From the NCBI GenBank assembly GCA_963722305.1, contig CAVRKE010000001.1, positions 76,312-140,311 of the forward strand: 64,000 nt of DNA, written 5' to 3'. Positions 56,976 through 64,000 of this stretch are shown in pieces; the first letter of the stretch is position 1; each line of letters starts with the position of its first letter. Position numbers and translations under genes: made by a program. The DNA comes from Candidatus Levyibacteriota bacterium (GTDB taxonomy: Bacteria; Patescibacteriota; Microgenomatia; Levybacterales; UBA12049). The notes below the pieces were generated by a model. The model was not told the DNA's origin. It worked only from the letters and a program-made list of their open reading frames with translations, and did no database searches.

Positions 56976-57683
56976 ATGAATTTTAAGATAAGTGTTAAAC
57001 ATTGCCAAAAGCATTTCGCCTCCGTTTGTGAAAACATTGTATTTTGATTTCCTTGAGTTTAACTTTCTCATTTTGACCGGGACTTCGGTTATGCTTAGCC
57101 CGTTTCTTTCTGCAAAAATTGCTAACTGAGCTGAAAAAAAGGCATTGTCAGAGTCACAATTCTTAAGCAGAGGAACGACAGCGCGTCTTTTTAAAAAAAC
57201 TGTCCCTTGAGTGTCGCCAATTTTAACATTGAATAGTAATCTAAGTAGCGACCTGTATATTTGTGAGGAGATCTTTCTAAGCAGTGGAGAATAAACAATA
57301 GATTTGGGATGTGATTTCGAACCAAAAATTATATCGTAGCCACTAGACAATTTTAACATTTCTTCTAGATCTGTAAACCCGAACGGAAGATCAATCGCCG
57401 TGAGTAGTACATATTTACCTTTCGCTTTAAGAATAGCATTCCGAAATGCGAGACCGTGCCCCTTTTTTCCTACAGATAGTGCATAAATGTTTTTTTCTTT
57501 AATTTTTTTTAGTTCCTTAAGCGTATTATCGGTACTACCATTCTCTGCAATTAGAATTTCGTAATTTTTATTTTTTAATATTCTCGCTAAGCCTTTTTGT
57601 ATTTCGTCAATTTTAGGCAACAAAATTTGTTCTTCATTATAGACAGGGATGCAGAACGACAAATAATAGTTGTTTGTAGACAT
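56955..57683 (-). CDS. Glycosyltransferase family 2 (polyprenyl-phosphate sugar synthase-like, DPM1/GtrB/ArnC type)
   Basis: 'LSFCIPVYNEEQIL...ILIAENGSTDNT...ALSVGKKGHGLAFRNA'. 242 aa, soluble GT-A. Confidence 0.8.
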   Translation of the reverse strand: MSTNNYYLSFCIPVYNEEQILLPKIDEIQKGLARILKNKNYEILIAENGSTDNTLKELKKIKEKNIYALSVGKKGHGLAFRNAILKAKGKYVLLTAIDLPFGFTDLEEMLKLSSGYDIIFGSKSHPKSIVYSPLLRKISSQIYRSLLRLLFNVKIGDTQGTVFLKRRAVVPLLKNCDSDNAFFSAQLAIFAERNGLSITEVPVKMRKLNSRKSKYNVFTNGGEMLLAMFNTYLKIHLNPPKS

Positions 57684-57726
57684 TTATTGGTCTTTTCCTT
57701 ATAATCTCGCTATATTATATAACAAT

Positions 57727-58722
57727 ATGAAAGTCGCCGTAATTGGAACGGGGCAAATGGGCATAAACCACGTCAGAAATTATACGACTATTAAAGGAGT
57801 GGAGTTAGTTGCAATTTCAGATGTAGACAGAAGGCGCGGCAAAAAAATAGCAAATCAATTCAAAACTAAATATTATCAGGATTATAACGAACTGTTTAAA
57901 AAGGAAAAAATTGATGCTGTCAGCATTGTTGTTCCGACTATTTTACATAAGAAAGTGGCACTGGATGTAATAAAAAGAGGAATCCCCTTTCTGCTGGAAA
58001 AACCGATCGCAAACAATGTTAAAGACGCCATTGAAATTATTAATCAGGCCGAAAGAAATAAACTTTCATTTTTGGTCGGGCATGTGGAAAGGTATAACCC
58101 GGCTGTTGTAAAACTTCAGCAACTGGTAAAAGCAAAGGCGTTCGGAGAGATATTGTCAATAGTAGTCAAAAGAGTCGGATTGCCACCTGAAAAAGTTAAA
58201 AATATAGATGTGGTTACCGATTTAGCCGTTCATGATTTGGATATCATCACAACTTTGATGGGTAGAATTCCCAAATTAGTCTATGCCAAAGGTAAAAACC
58301 GGTTAACTAAAGAAAGAATTGACCATGCGGAAATATTTTTGGACTACGGCGATTGTGCCTGTTTTATTCAGGTTAATTGGCTTACGCCAATTAAAGTACG
58401 AAACCTCTCGATTACAGGAACAAAGGGGTATGCGGAGTTAGACTACGTTAGGCAAAAAATAAACTTATACGAAAATAATTTTAAGATAAAACAACCAAAA
58501 GGTTTTGCGGATTTTGTAGTTAAATTTAGTGAAACTCCCCGAAAGCAATTGAATCTGGGAGAGAAAGAGCCTCTTCGAATAGAGCTTGAGAACTTTATTA
58601 ACACCATTAAAGGAAAGGAGAGTTTTGCGATTACGCCTCAAGAAGCCTTAAATGCGCTTATTTTGTCAGAAGCAGTTATTGAAAGTATAAAAAGTAATAA
58701 AGCGATCTTAATTAAAAAATGA
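57727..58722 (+). CDS. Gfo/Idh/MocA-family NAD(P)-dependent sugar oxidoreductase (WbpB-like)
   Basis: 'MKVAVIGTGQMGINHVRNY' Rossmann N-terminus. 'EKPIANNV' motif. The track ORF 57670 start overlaps the divergent gene, so ATG 57727 is preferred. Confidence 0.75.
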   Translation: MKVAVIGTGQMGINHVRNYTTIKGVELVAISDVDRRRGKKIANQFKTKYYQDYNELFKKEKIDAVSIVVPTILHKKVALDVIKRGIPFLLEKPIANNVKDAIEIINQAERNKLSFLVGHVERYNPAVVKLQQLVKAKAFGEILSIVVKRVGLPPEKVKNIDVVTDLAVHDLDIITTLMGRIPKLVYAKGKNRLTKERIDHAEIFLDYGDCACFIQVNWLTPIKVRNLSITGTKGYAELDYVRQKINLYENNFKIKQPKGFADFVVKFSETPRKQLNLGEKEPLRIELENFINTIKGKESFAITPQEALNALILSEAVIESIKSNKAILIKK

Positions 58723-59780
58723 AAAGAATTTTAGTTACCGGTGCAGGTGGTCCGGCTGCCTATAATTTTGTTCAATCATTAAGGCAATCAAAAGAAAAAT
58801 TCTACATTGTCGGTACGGACACAAATATCTATCATTTGGAGTTAACGGATCTTGATGCCTCGTATGTTTTGCCGGAAGTTTCAGATTCCGAGTACCTAAG
58901 CAAATTAAATCAGGTAATTACAAAAGAAAAAATCCAATTTGTGCATCCTCAGCCGGACCCGGAAGTGTACTTTCTCTCAGAAAATAGGGAAAATATTAAT
59001 GCCCGTTTATTTTTACCAGATAAAAAAGTAATTAAAATCTGCCAAGATAAGATGCAGCTAGCAAAAGTTTTAAGCAGAAACATGGTGCCGGTGGCAAAAT
59101 CATATTCGTTTAGAAATGAAAAAGAGTTTTCAAAAAAATTCAAATCACTGTTAAGATATACAGATAAAATTTGGGTAAGGGCTATCCACGGAGCCGGCTC
59201 AAGAGCCAGCTTACCGGTAAAAACCGTAAGGCAGGCAAAAGCATGGATTGAATACTGGGAGTCGATGAAAGGTATTGGTTTTGCCGGTTTCATGATTTGT
59301 GAGTTTCTTCCCGGAAAAGAATTTGCTTTTCAAAGTTTATGGAAAGATGGAAAATTAATTACCTCTCAGGCCAGAGAAAGAATCGAATATGTGTTTGGCA
59401 ACCTGACCCCAAGCGGTCAGACTTCTTCTCCTGCGGTTGCCAAAACCGTCCACAGAAAAGACGTTAACGAAATAGCCACTAAGGCGATAATAACGATAGA
59501 TAAAAAAGTAAGCGGAGTGTTTTGCGTAGACTTAAAAGAAAACAAAGACGGAATACCTTGTGTAACCGAGATAAATGCTGGCCGATTTTTTACAACCAGT
59601 AATTTTTATCCTAGTGTTGGGTTTAATATGCCATACTTTTACGTTAAACTGGCGTTTGGAGAAAAAATTCCGCAACTTAAGAAATACGATTCATTAGAGG
59701 AAAATATTTATTGGATAAGAATGATTGACATGGGAAATAAGGCAGTGAAAGGAAATATATGGAAATCAAGAATGATCTAA
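58719..59780 (+). CDS. ATP-grasp domain carboxylate-amine ligase
   Basis: 'MKRILVTGAGGPAAYNFVQSL' pre-ATP-grasp N-domain. Central 'GFAGFMICEFLPGKEFAFQSLW' and C-terminal 'VTEINAGRF' ATP-grasp blocks. Confidence 0.6.
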   Translation: MKRILVTGAGGPAAYNFVQSLRQSKEKFYIVGTDTNIYHLELTDLDASYVLPEVSDSEYLSKLNQVITKEKIQFVHPQPDPEVYFLSENRENINARLFLPDKKVIKICQDKMQLAKVLSRNMVPVAKSYSFRNEKEFSKKFKSLLRYTDKIWVRAIHGAGSRASLPVKTVRQAKAWIEYWESMKGIGFAGFMICEFLPGKEFAFQSLWKDGKLITSQARERIEYVFGNLTPSGQTSSPAVAKTVHRKDVNEIATKAIITIDKKVSGVFCVDLKENKDGIPCVTEINAGRFFTTSNFYPSVGFNMPYFYVKLAFGEKIPQLKKYDSLEENIYWIRMIDMGNKAVKGNIWKSRMI

Positions 59781-60400
59781 AACCCAAGGCCGTAATATTT
59801 GATTTCGATGAGACTCTATTTTTTTTAGATGTTGCTTGGGAGAAGATGCGAAAATATTTATCGGAGAAATTCTTGAAACTTGGTTATAAGTCCAATTTTA
59901 AACCAGTTTATGCTGATTTGGAGAATGTCTTGGGAAAAGTAGAAAAAGACTACGGTAAGATTTACACGAATAAGGTCAGAAATGAGTGTCTTGATTATAT
60001 CCAAGAGCAAGAACTGATTGGGTTGAAAAACGGCCATGCGAACCCGCAGGCAAGAAGCGTTTTAGAAAAATTAGGAAAATCCGGAGTTAGGTATGGAATT
60101 GTCAGCAATAATAGCAAAAAGGTGATTAAACAGGCTCTCCGAGAATTCAGCTGGCCCGAAGGAGAAATTATTGGTAGAGAAGATGTCTTAGAAATTAAAC
60201 CTAGTCCTGAGGGAACAATATTGTGTCTCAAGCGCATGCGACTTACAGCAGACATGGTATGGGGTGTGGGAAATAGGCCCGAAGATGTTCAATCGTTCAC
60301 CTCTGCCGGAATTTCAAAAATACTCTGCATCTGTGATTTAACGTCGGGGAAAATTGTACACTTAGATGCTTTAGAAGAATTACTTAAATGGATAAATTAA
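59759..60400 (+). CDS. HAD-superfamily hydrolase
   Basis: Motif I 'AVIFDFDETLF'. 'VSNNS' motif II. 'GNRPEDV' motif IV region. Confidence 0.7.
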   Translation: MEIKNDLKPKAVIFDFDETLFFLDVAWEKMRKYLSEKFLKLGYKSNFKPVYADLENVLGKVEKDYGKIYTNKVRNECLDYIQEQELIGLKNGHANPQARSVLEKLGKSGVRYGIVSNNSKKVIKQALREFSWPEGEIIGREDVLEIKPSPEGTILCLKRMRLTADMVWGVGNRPEDVQSFTSAGISKILCICDLTSGKIVHLDALEELLKWIN

Positions 60401-61143
60401 ATTTAAAAACATATTATAACCAAAAAGCTAAGAAGAATGATGAAATTAGGATTACTTATGAGAGCAAAAACTATTACAAGAAATTTTTTTATTTAACAAG
60501 ATTTAATAAGGTAATCAAATTACTTAATCCTGTAACCGGCGATAAGATATTAGATGTCGGATGTGGGAGTGGATTTTACGTTCGGTATTTGCTTAAAAAA
60601 AAAGTACAAGTAACTGCCGTTGATATTTCAGATGAATACATAAAACAGGCTAAAAAATACGCGGGGAGCAAAGCAAAATATGTAGTTACTGATGCCAGAA
60701 AGCTTCCTTTCAAAAATCAATCTTTTGATAAGGTATTAATAACAGAAGTCATAGAACACGTTTCGGATTACCAGAAAATAATTGAAGAAGGATTTAGGGT
60801 ATTAATAACAGGCGGAAAAATTGTAATAACTACACCGAATAAATATTCACATATGAATTATGCTTATCGATTGAAAAGAAAAATTAGAAGATATACATTT
60901 AACGAACACATGGCCGAACTCTCATACAAGAATCTTTTCTACGAGGTAAGTAAATACGCTTCGGTTGAATCTATCTGTTTTTCCAATTATTTAATTCCTT
61001 ATCCTTTGGATACAATTGCTGAAAAATTTAATTCTAAACTACTTATCCGTTTACTCACAAGAATAGAAAATTTGTTTTCGGCCCTGCCTTTGCTAAAATA
61101 CCTGGGGTGGACAGCTATCATAAGTGGAACAAAAAATGAGTAA
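60388..61143 (+). CDS. Class I SAM-dependent methyltransferase (paralog of 55146-55898)
   Basis: 'ILDVGCGSGFYVRYL', 'VLITEVIEHVSD'. Confidence 0.7.
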   Translation: MDKLNLKTYYNQKAKKNDEIRITYESKNYYKKFFYLTRFNKVIKLLNPVTGDKILDVGCGSGFYVRYLLKKKVQVTAVDISDEYIKQAKKYAGSKAKYVVTDARKLPFKNQSFDKVLITEVIEHVSDYQKIIEEGFRVLITGGKIVITTPNKYSHMNYAYRLKRKIRRYTFNEHMAELSYKNLFYEVSKYASVESICFSNYLIPYPLDTIAEKFNSKLLIRLLTRIENLFSALPLLKYLGWTAIISGTKNE

Positions 61144-62233
61144 TAAACAAATTAGAATAACTAAAGTCAGGCTTGGAAAAGAGGAAATTAGTTCTCTGCT
61201 TAAAGTACTTAAATCAGGGAATCTTACTCAAGGAGAAAAAGTGATGGAATTTGAGCAGGGTTTTGCCAAATACACCGGTACAAACTATGCAGTGGCTGTT
61301 TCCAGCGGCACGAGCGCTTTGTTTTTGAGCTTATTGGCTTTGGGTATTGGGCAGGACGATGAGGTTATCACTACACCGTTTAGTTTTATTGCTTCAGCCA
61401 ATGCCATTCTTTATACCGGAGCAAAACCGGTTTTTGTCGATATCGATGAAAAAACGTTCAATCTCAATCCAGAGCTTATTGAAGAAAAAATCACTAAAAA
61501 AACAAAAGCTATTTTACCGGTTCATTTATTCGGACTTCCCTGCGATATGGGTAATATTATCAAAATAGCTAAAAAACATAAACTGTTTGTAATTGAAGAT
61601 GCCTGTCAAGCCCATGGTGCGCAGTATATAGATAGAAAAGTAGGGACGTTTGGAGAGCTTGGTTGCTTTTCCTTTTATGCTACTAAGAATATGACCACCG
61701 GGGAAGGAGGAATGATTACAACCAACAGTAAAAACCTGTACGAAAAAATAAAATTATTAAGGAATCATGGATCTAAGGTTAGATACAGACATAACATGCT
61801 TGGCTATAATTTCCGGATGACCGACGTTAACGCTGCAATTGGCTTGGAACAGCTAAGAAAACTGCCAAATTTCAATAGAATAAGGATAAATAATGCAAAT
61901 TTTCTGACTAAAAATTTTAGTGAAATTAAGAGTTTGGAAGTACCGTTCGTTCCCACTAAAGCAATGCACGTTTTTCATCAGTACACAATTAAATTAGGAC
62001 CAACTATCAGTCGAAAGCGTGTGATTGACCTTTTGAGCAGCAGAGGAATAGAAACAGCAGTTTATTATCCAATACCTATCCATAAACAACGGCTATATCG
62101 GTCCTTGGGTTATCTAGACAAGCTTCCTGTTGCAGAAAAAGTGGCTAAGCGCGTACTTTCTTTACCGGTTAATCCATACTTAAAACCGTCAGAGCTTATG
62201 AAAATCGTTTCCGAACTCTCTTCAATTTTGTAA
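61124..62233 (+). CDS. DegT/DnrJ/EryC1/StrS-family PLP-dependent sugar aminotransferase
   Basis: 'FEQGFAKYTGTNYAVAVSSGTSAL', 'VITTPFSFIASANAILYTGAKPVFVDID', Lys-region 'SFYATKNMTTGEGG'. Confidence 0.85.
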   Translation: MEQKMSNKQIRITKVRLGKEEISSLLKVLKSGNLTQGEKVMEFEQGFAKYTGTNYAVAVSSGTSALFLSLLALGIGQDDEVITTPFSFIASANAILYTGAKPVFVDIDEKTFNLNPELIEEKITKKTKAILPVHLFGLPCDMGNIIKIAKKHKLFVIEDACQAHGAQYIDRKVGTFGELGCFSFYATKNMTTGEGGMITTNSKNLYEKIKLLRNHGSKVRYRHNMLGYNFRMTDVNAAIGLEQLRKLPNFNRIRINNANFLTKNFSEIKSLEVPFVPTKAMHVFHQYTIKLGPTISRKRVIDLLSSRGIETAVYYPIPIHKQRLYRSLGYLDKLPVAEKVAKRVLSLPVNPYLKPSELMKIVSELSSIL

Positions 62234-63992
62234 TTAACTGTTCAGTTTTACAAATTGTCAGACATGTATAACCGAAAATAATGATCAGCGAGCAAATAAA
62301 TAGATATTTTAATATTTGCAGCATTGGTAAGTCTTTGTAGGCGACTTTGACCCGCACGTTACCTTTGGGAATAGTAAAAGTGATTATTCCGTGATATTTT
62401 TTGTCCGTAAAATCAATCGTGGTTGGTTTTCCGTTTACGGTAACATTCCATCCCGGATAATATAAAGTATTTTCTTTTAGTCTAGCGCCGGTGGTAGAGT
62501 TAATTGTGTAAAAATGTTGGACATTAGTAATGTTTAGAACTTTTATTTGTGCATTACCTTGTATCACTTCTATCTTACTTGCAGGTACCTGATTAAACCA
62601 AATCGGTTTATTACTAAACCAGATTGTGTTCCCGATAACACTTAATCCTTCTCCGTAGTACGTACTCCGAGGAAGATTATTTATTAGTTGTGTATCAGAA
62701 ATCTGCGGAATTACTCTGCGATGTCCCCAATTTAAGATTGTTGAACCAATAGTGATAACTATTACTAGCCAAATAAGTATTTTCCATTTTTGGTTGATAA
62801 CTACAAAATATCCGGCTAGAATCGAAACACTAAAGGAAAGCGCCAAAAGGAGTCGGCTGGTCATGAGCATGTCTTTTATTACAGGTACCGTCAGCCAAAT
62901 TATGGCAGAATACCTTGTCAGCATAAAAATTATAAATAGAGTTGTAAAAAGCCAGATGAAGGTTTCTTTCATAAATTTTGCTTTTGTTTTCTTAACTAAC
63001 AAATAAACGATAAAAAAACCGATTATAAAAATTTGCGTATAACCAATGAGAAAAGATAATTCTCCTTTTGGTCCCTGAAACAAAAATCCCAGTCTCCATG
63101 GGGAATAAAGAAGGTCTTTAATGTTAATAAAACTAGGTAATTGTCTAAATAAACCTGAAGATAAGTTATAAGCGGAATACGTGATATATGTTAGCCAGAC
63201 GTAAGCAGAAACTGTTATTCCTAATAGAAGAGCCAAAAATAGTTTGGTTAATGACGAAATCCTGTTAATTTTGTTACTTCCGGCTATTAGAGAGATTGAA
63301 AACGGAATAACTAACCCAAGGGATAATAATGCGATAGCTTGATGAGATAGAAGCAATAACCCCAAGAGTAACCCGGACCAAAGTAAATAAATCAACTTTT
63401 GTTTGAAAAATAATTTATAGACTAGCAGTAAAAAAATAGGCAATAAGGCAAAACAAAGCATTTCTCCGACGTCATTTCTGAAGTGTAAATCGACAAGGTG
63501 ATAAGGAAAAAACAGATAAAAGACGGCTGCCGTGAAAGCTGCCAAATCTTTTTTTAGAATTTGTTTGACAAGATAAAATGTCGCTATTCCCGAAAGTAAA
63601 TAGGTGGCACCTAAAAAAAGCTTTAAACTGGAAATAAAAGAAAATCCAATAAAGTGAAAAAGAGATGTAAGATAATACGGCAAGGGGTTTAAAAATATAA
63701 ACAGCGGATAACCGTAAGTTCCGTTCAAAACACCTGCCCAGGAGGGCATGAAGTTTCCTTCAGCCAAATTTTGATAAAAAGAAATCGTTCGGTAAACGTG
63801 AATATTAAAATCCCCACTTTCATAGTCGCCAATCCGTAGTAAACTTACCAGTGGAAGAAGGGAAATTATAATTAACAAAACAAACAGATTTATCTTCTTT
63901 TTTGGGAAAATATACCGATAGCAGAAAGCTCCGCCAAGAACAAGTAAAAAGCCGATTAAATTAATGTATGCCATTTGATAGGGCCCAATCAT
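62196..63992 (-). CDS. Large polytopic membrane protein (GT-C-like / O-antigen-polymerase-like, hypothetical)
   Basis: About 13 TM plus a C-terminal roughly 170-aa extracytoplasmic domain. Terminates the glycan cluster. Its start lies 9 nt from the window edge. Confidence 0.4.
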   Translation of the reverse strand: MIGPYQMAYINLIGFLLVLGGAFCYRYIFPKKKINLFVLLIIISLLPLVSLLRIGDYESGDFNIHVYRTISFYQNLAEGNFMPSWAGVLNGTYGYPLFIFLNPLPYYLTSLFHFIGFSFISSLKLFLGATYLLSGIATFYLVKQILKKDLAAFTAAVFYLFFPYHLVDLHFRNDVGEMLCFALLPIFLLLVYKLFFKQKLIYLLWSGLLLGLLLLSHQAIALLSLGLVIPFSISLIAGSNKINRISSLTKLFLALLLGITVSAYVWLTYITYSAYNLSSGLFRQLPSFINIKDLLYSPWRLGFLFQGPKGELSFLIGYTQIFIIGFFIVYLLVKKTKAKFMKETFIWLFTTLFIIFMLTRYSAIIWLTVPVIKDMLMTSRLLLALSFSVSILAGYFVVINQKWKILIWLVIVITIGSTILNWGHRRVIPQISDTQLINNLPRSTYYGEGLSVIGNTIWFSNKPIWFNQVPASKIEVIQGNAQIKVLNITNVQHFYTINSTTGARLKENTLYYPGWNVTVNGKPTTIDFTDKKYHGIITFTIPKGNVRVKVAYKDLPMLQILKYLFICSLIIIFGYTCLTICKTEQLITKLKRVRKRFS

Positions 63993-64000
63993 AATGAACA

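Overview
This is a low-GC bacterial chromosome segment read on both strands. The gene content suggests a small-genome Patescibacteria/CPR-like organism, but that is inference, not a database result. Supporting observations: Mur ligases without N-terminal domains, murA/glmU-like/yvcK embedded in the dcw cluster, and many large GT-C-like membrane proteins. The standard genetic code is in use: housekeeping genes end in TAA/TAG and occasionally TGA.

Layout:
(1) 1-6.3 kb: polysaccharide locus with two GT4 glycosyltransferases, a mannose-1-P guanylyltransferase-like NTP-transferase, a WbaP-type sugar phosphotransferase, and a large exported DUF4012-like protein.
(2) 6.3-8.8 kb: recO, glyQS, and a small membrane protein.
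(3) 8.9-26.4 kb: a non-canonically ordered division/cell-wall cluster: mraZ-rsmH-ftsL-ftsI-murF(frameshifted)-[DUF192, reverse]-murE-murC-murA-glmU-like-yvcK-mraY-ftsW-murG-ftsQ-ftsA-ftsZ.
(4) 26.4-32.8 kb: a decayed integrative element inserted into the 3' end of ftsZ. It carries a tyrosine integrase next to the ftsZ stop and a synonymous-variant duplicate of the ftsZ C-terminal-peptide codons ([10 protein letters not shown]) 6.4 kb away. It also carries iteron-like repeats, small secreted/Cys-rich proteins, and several frameshifted or stop-interrupted gene remnants (NYN, PHP, PIN-like).
(5) 32.9-38.5 kb: ICMT-family methyltransferase plus three polytopic GT-C-like membrane proteins.
(6) 38.6-44.8 kb: amidohydrolase, argH, glnA-amt with a strong extended -10 promoter, and a Crp/Fnr regulator.
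(7) 44.9-53.1 kb: membrane proteins, ileS, rodA, rplU, rpmA, parB, lepB, tRNA-Val(CAC).
(8) 53.2-64 kb: a secreted Thr/Pro-linker protein followed by a surface-glycan cluster: two SAM-MTases, GT4, GT2, Gfo/Idh/MocA oxidoreductase, ATP-grasp ligase, HAD hydrolase, DegT aminotransferase, and a large GT-C-like membrane protein.

No rRNA, CRISPR array or intact transposase was seen.
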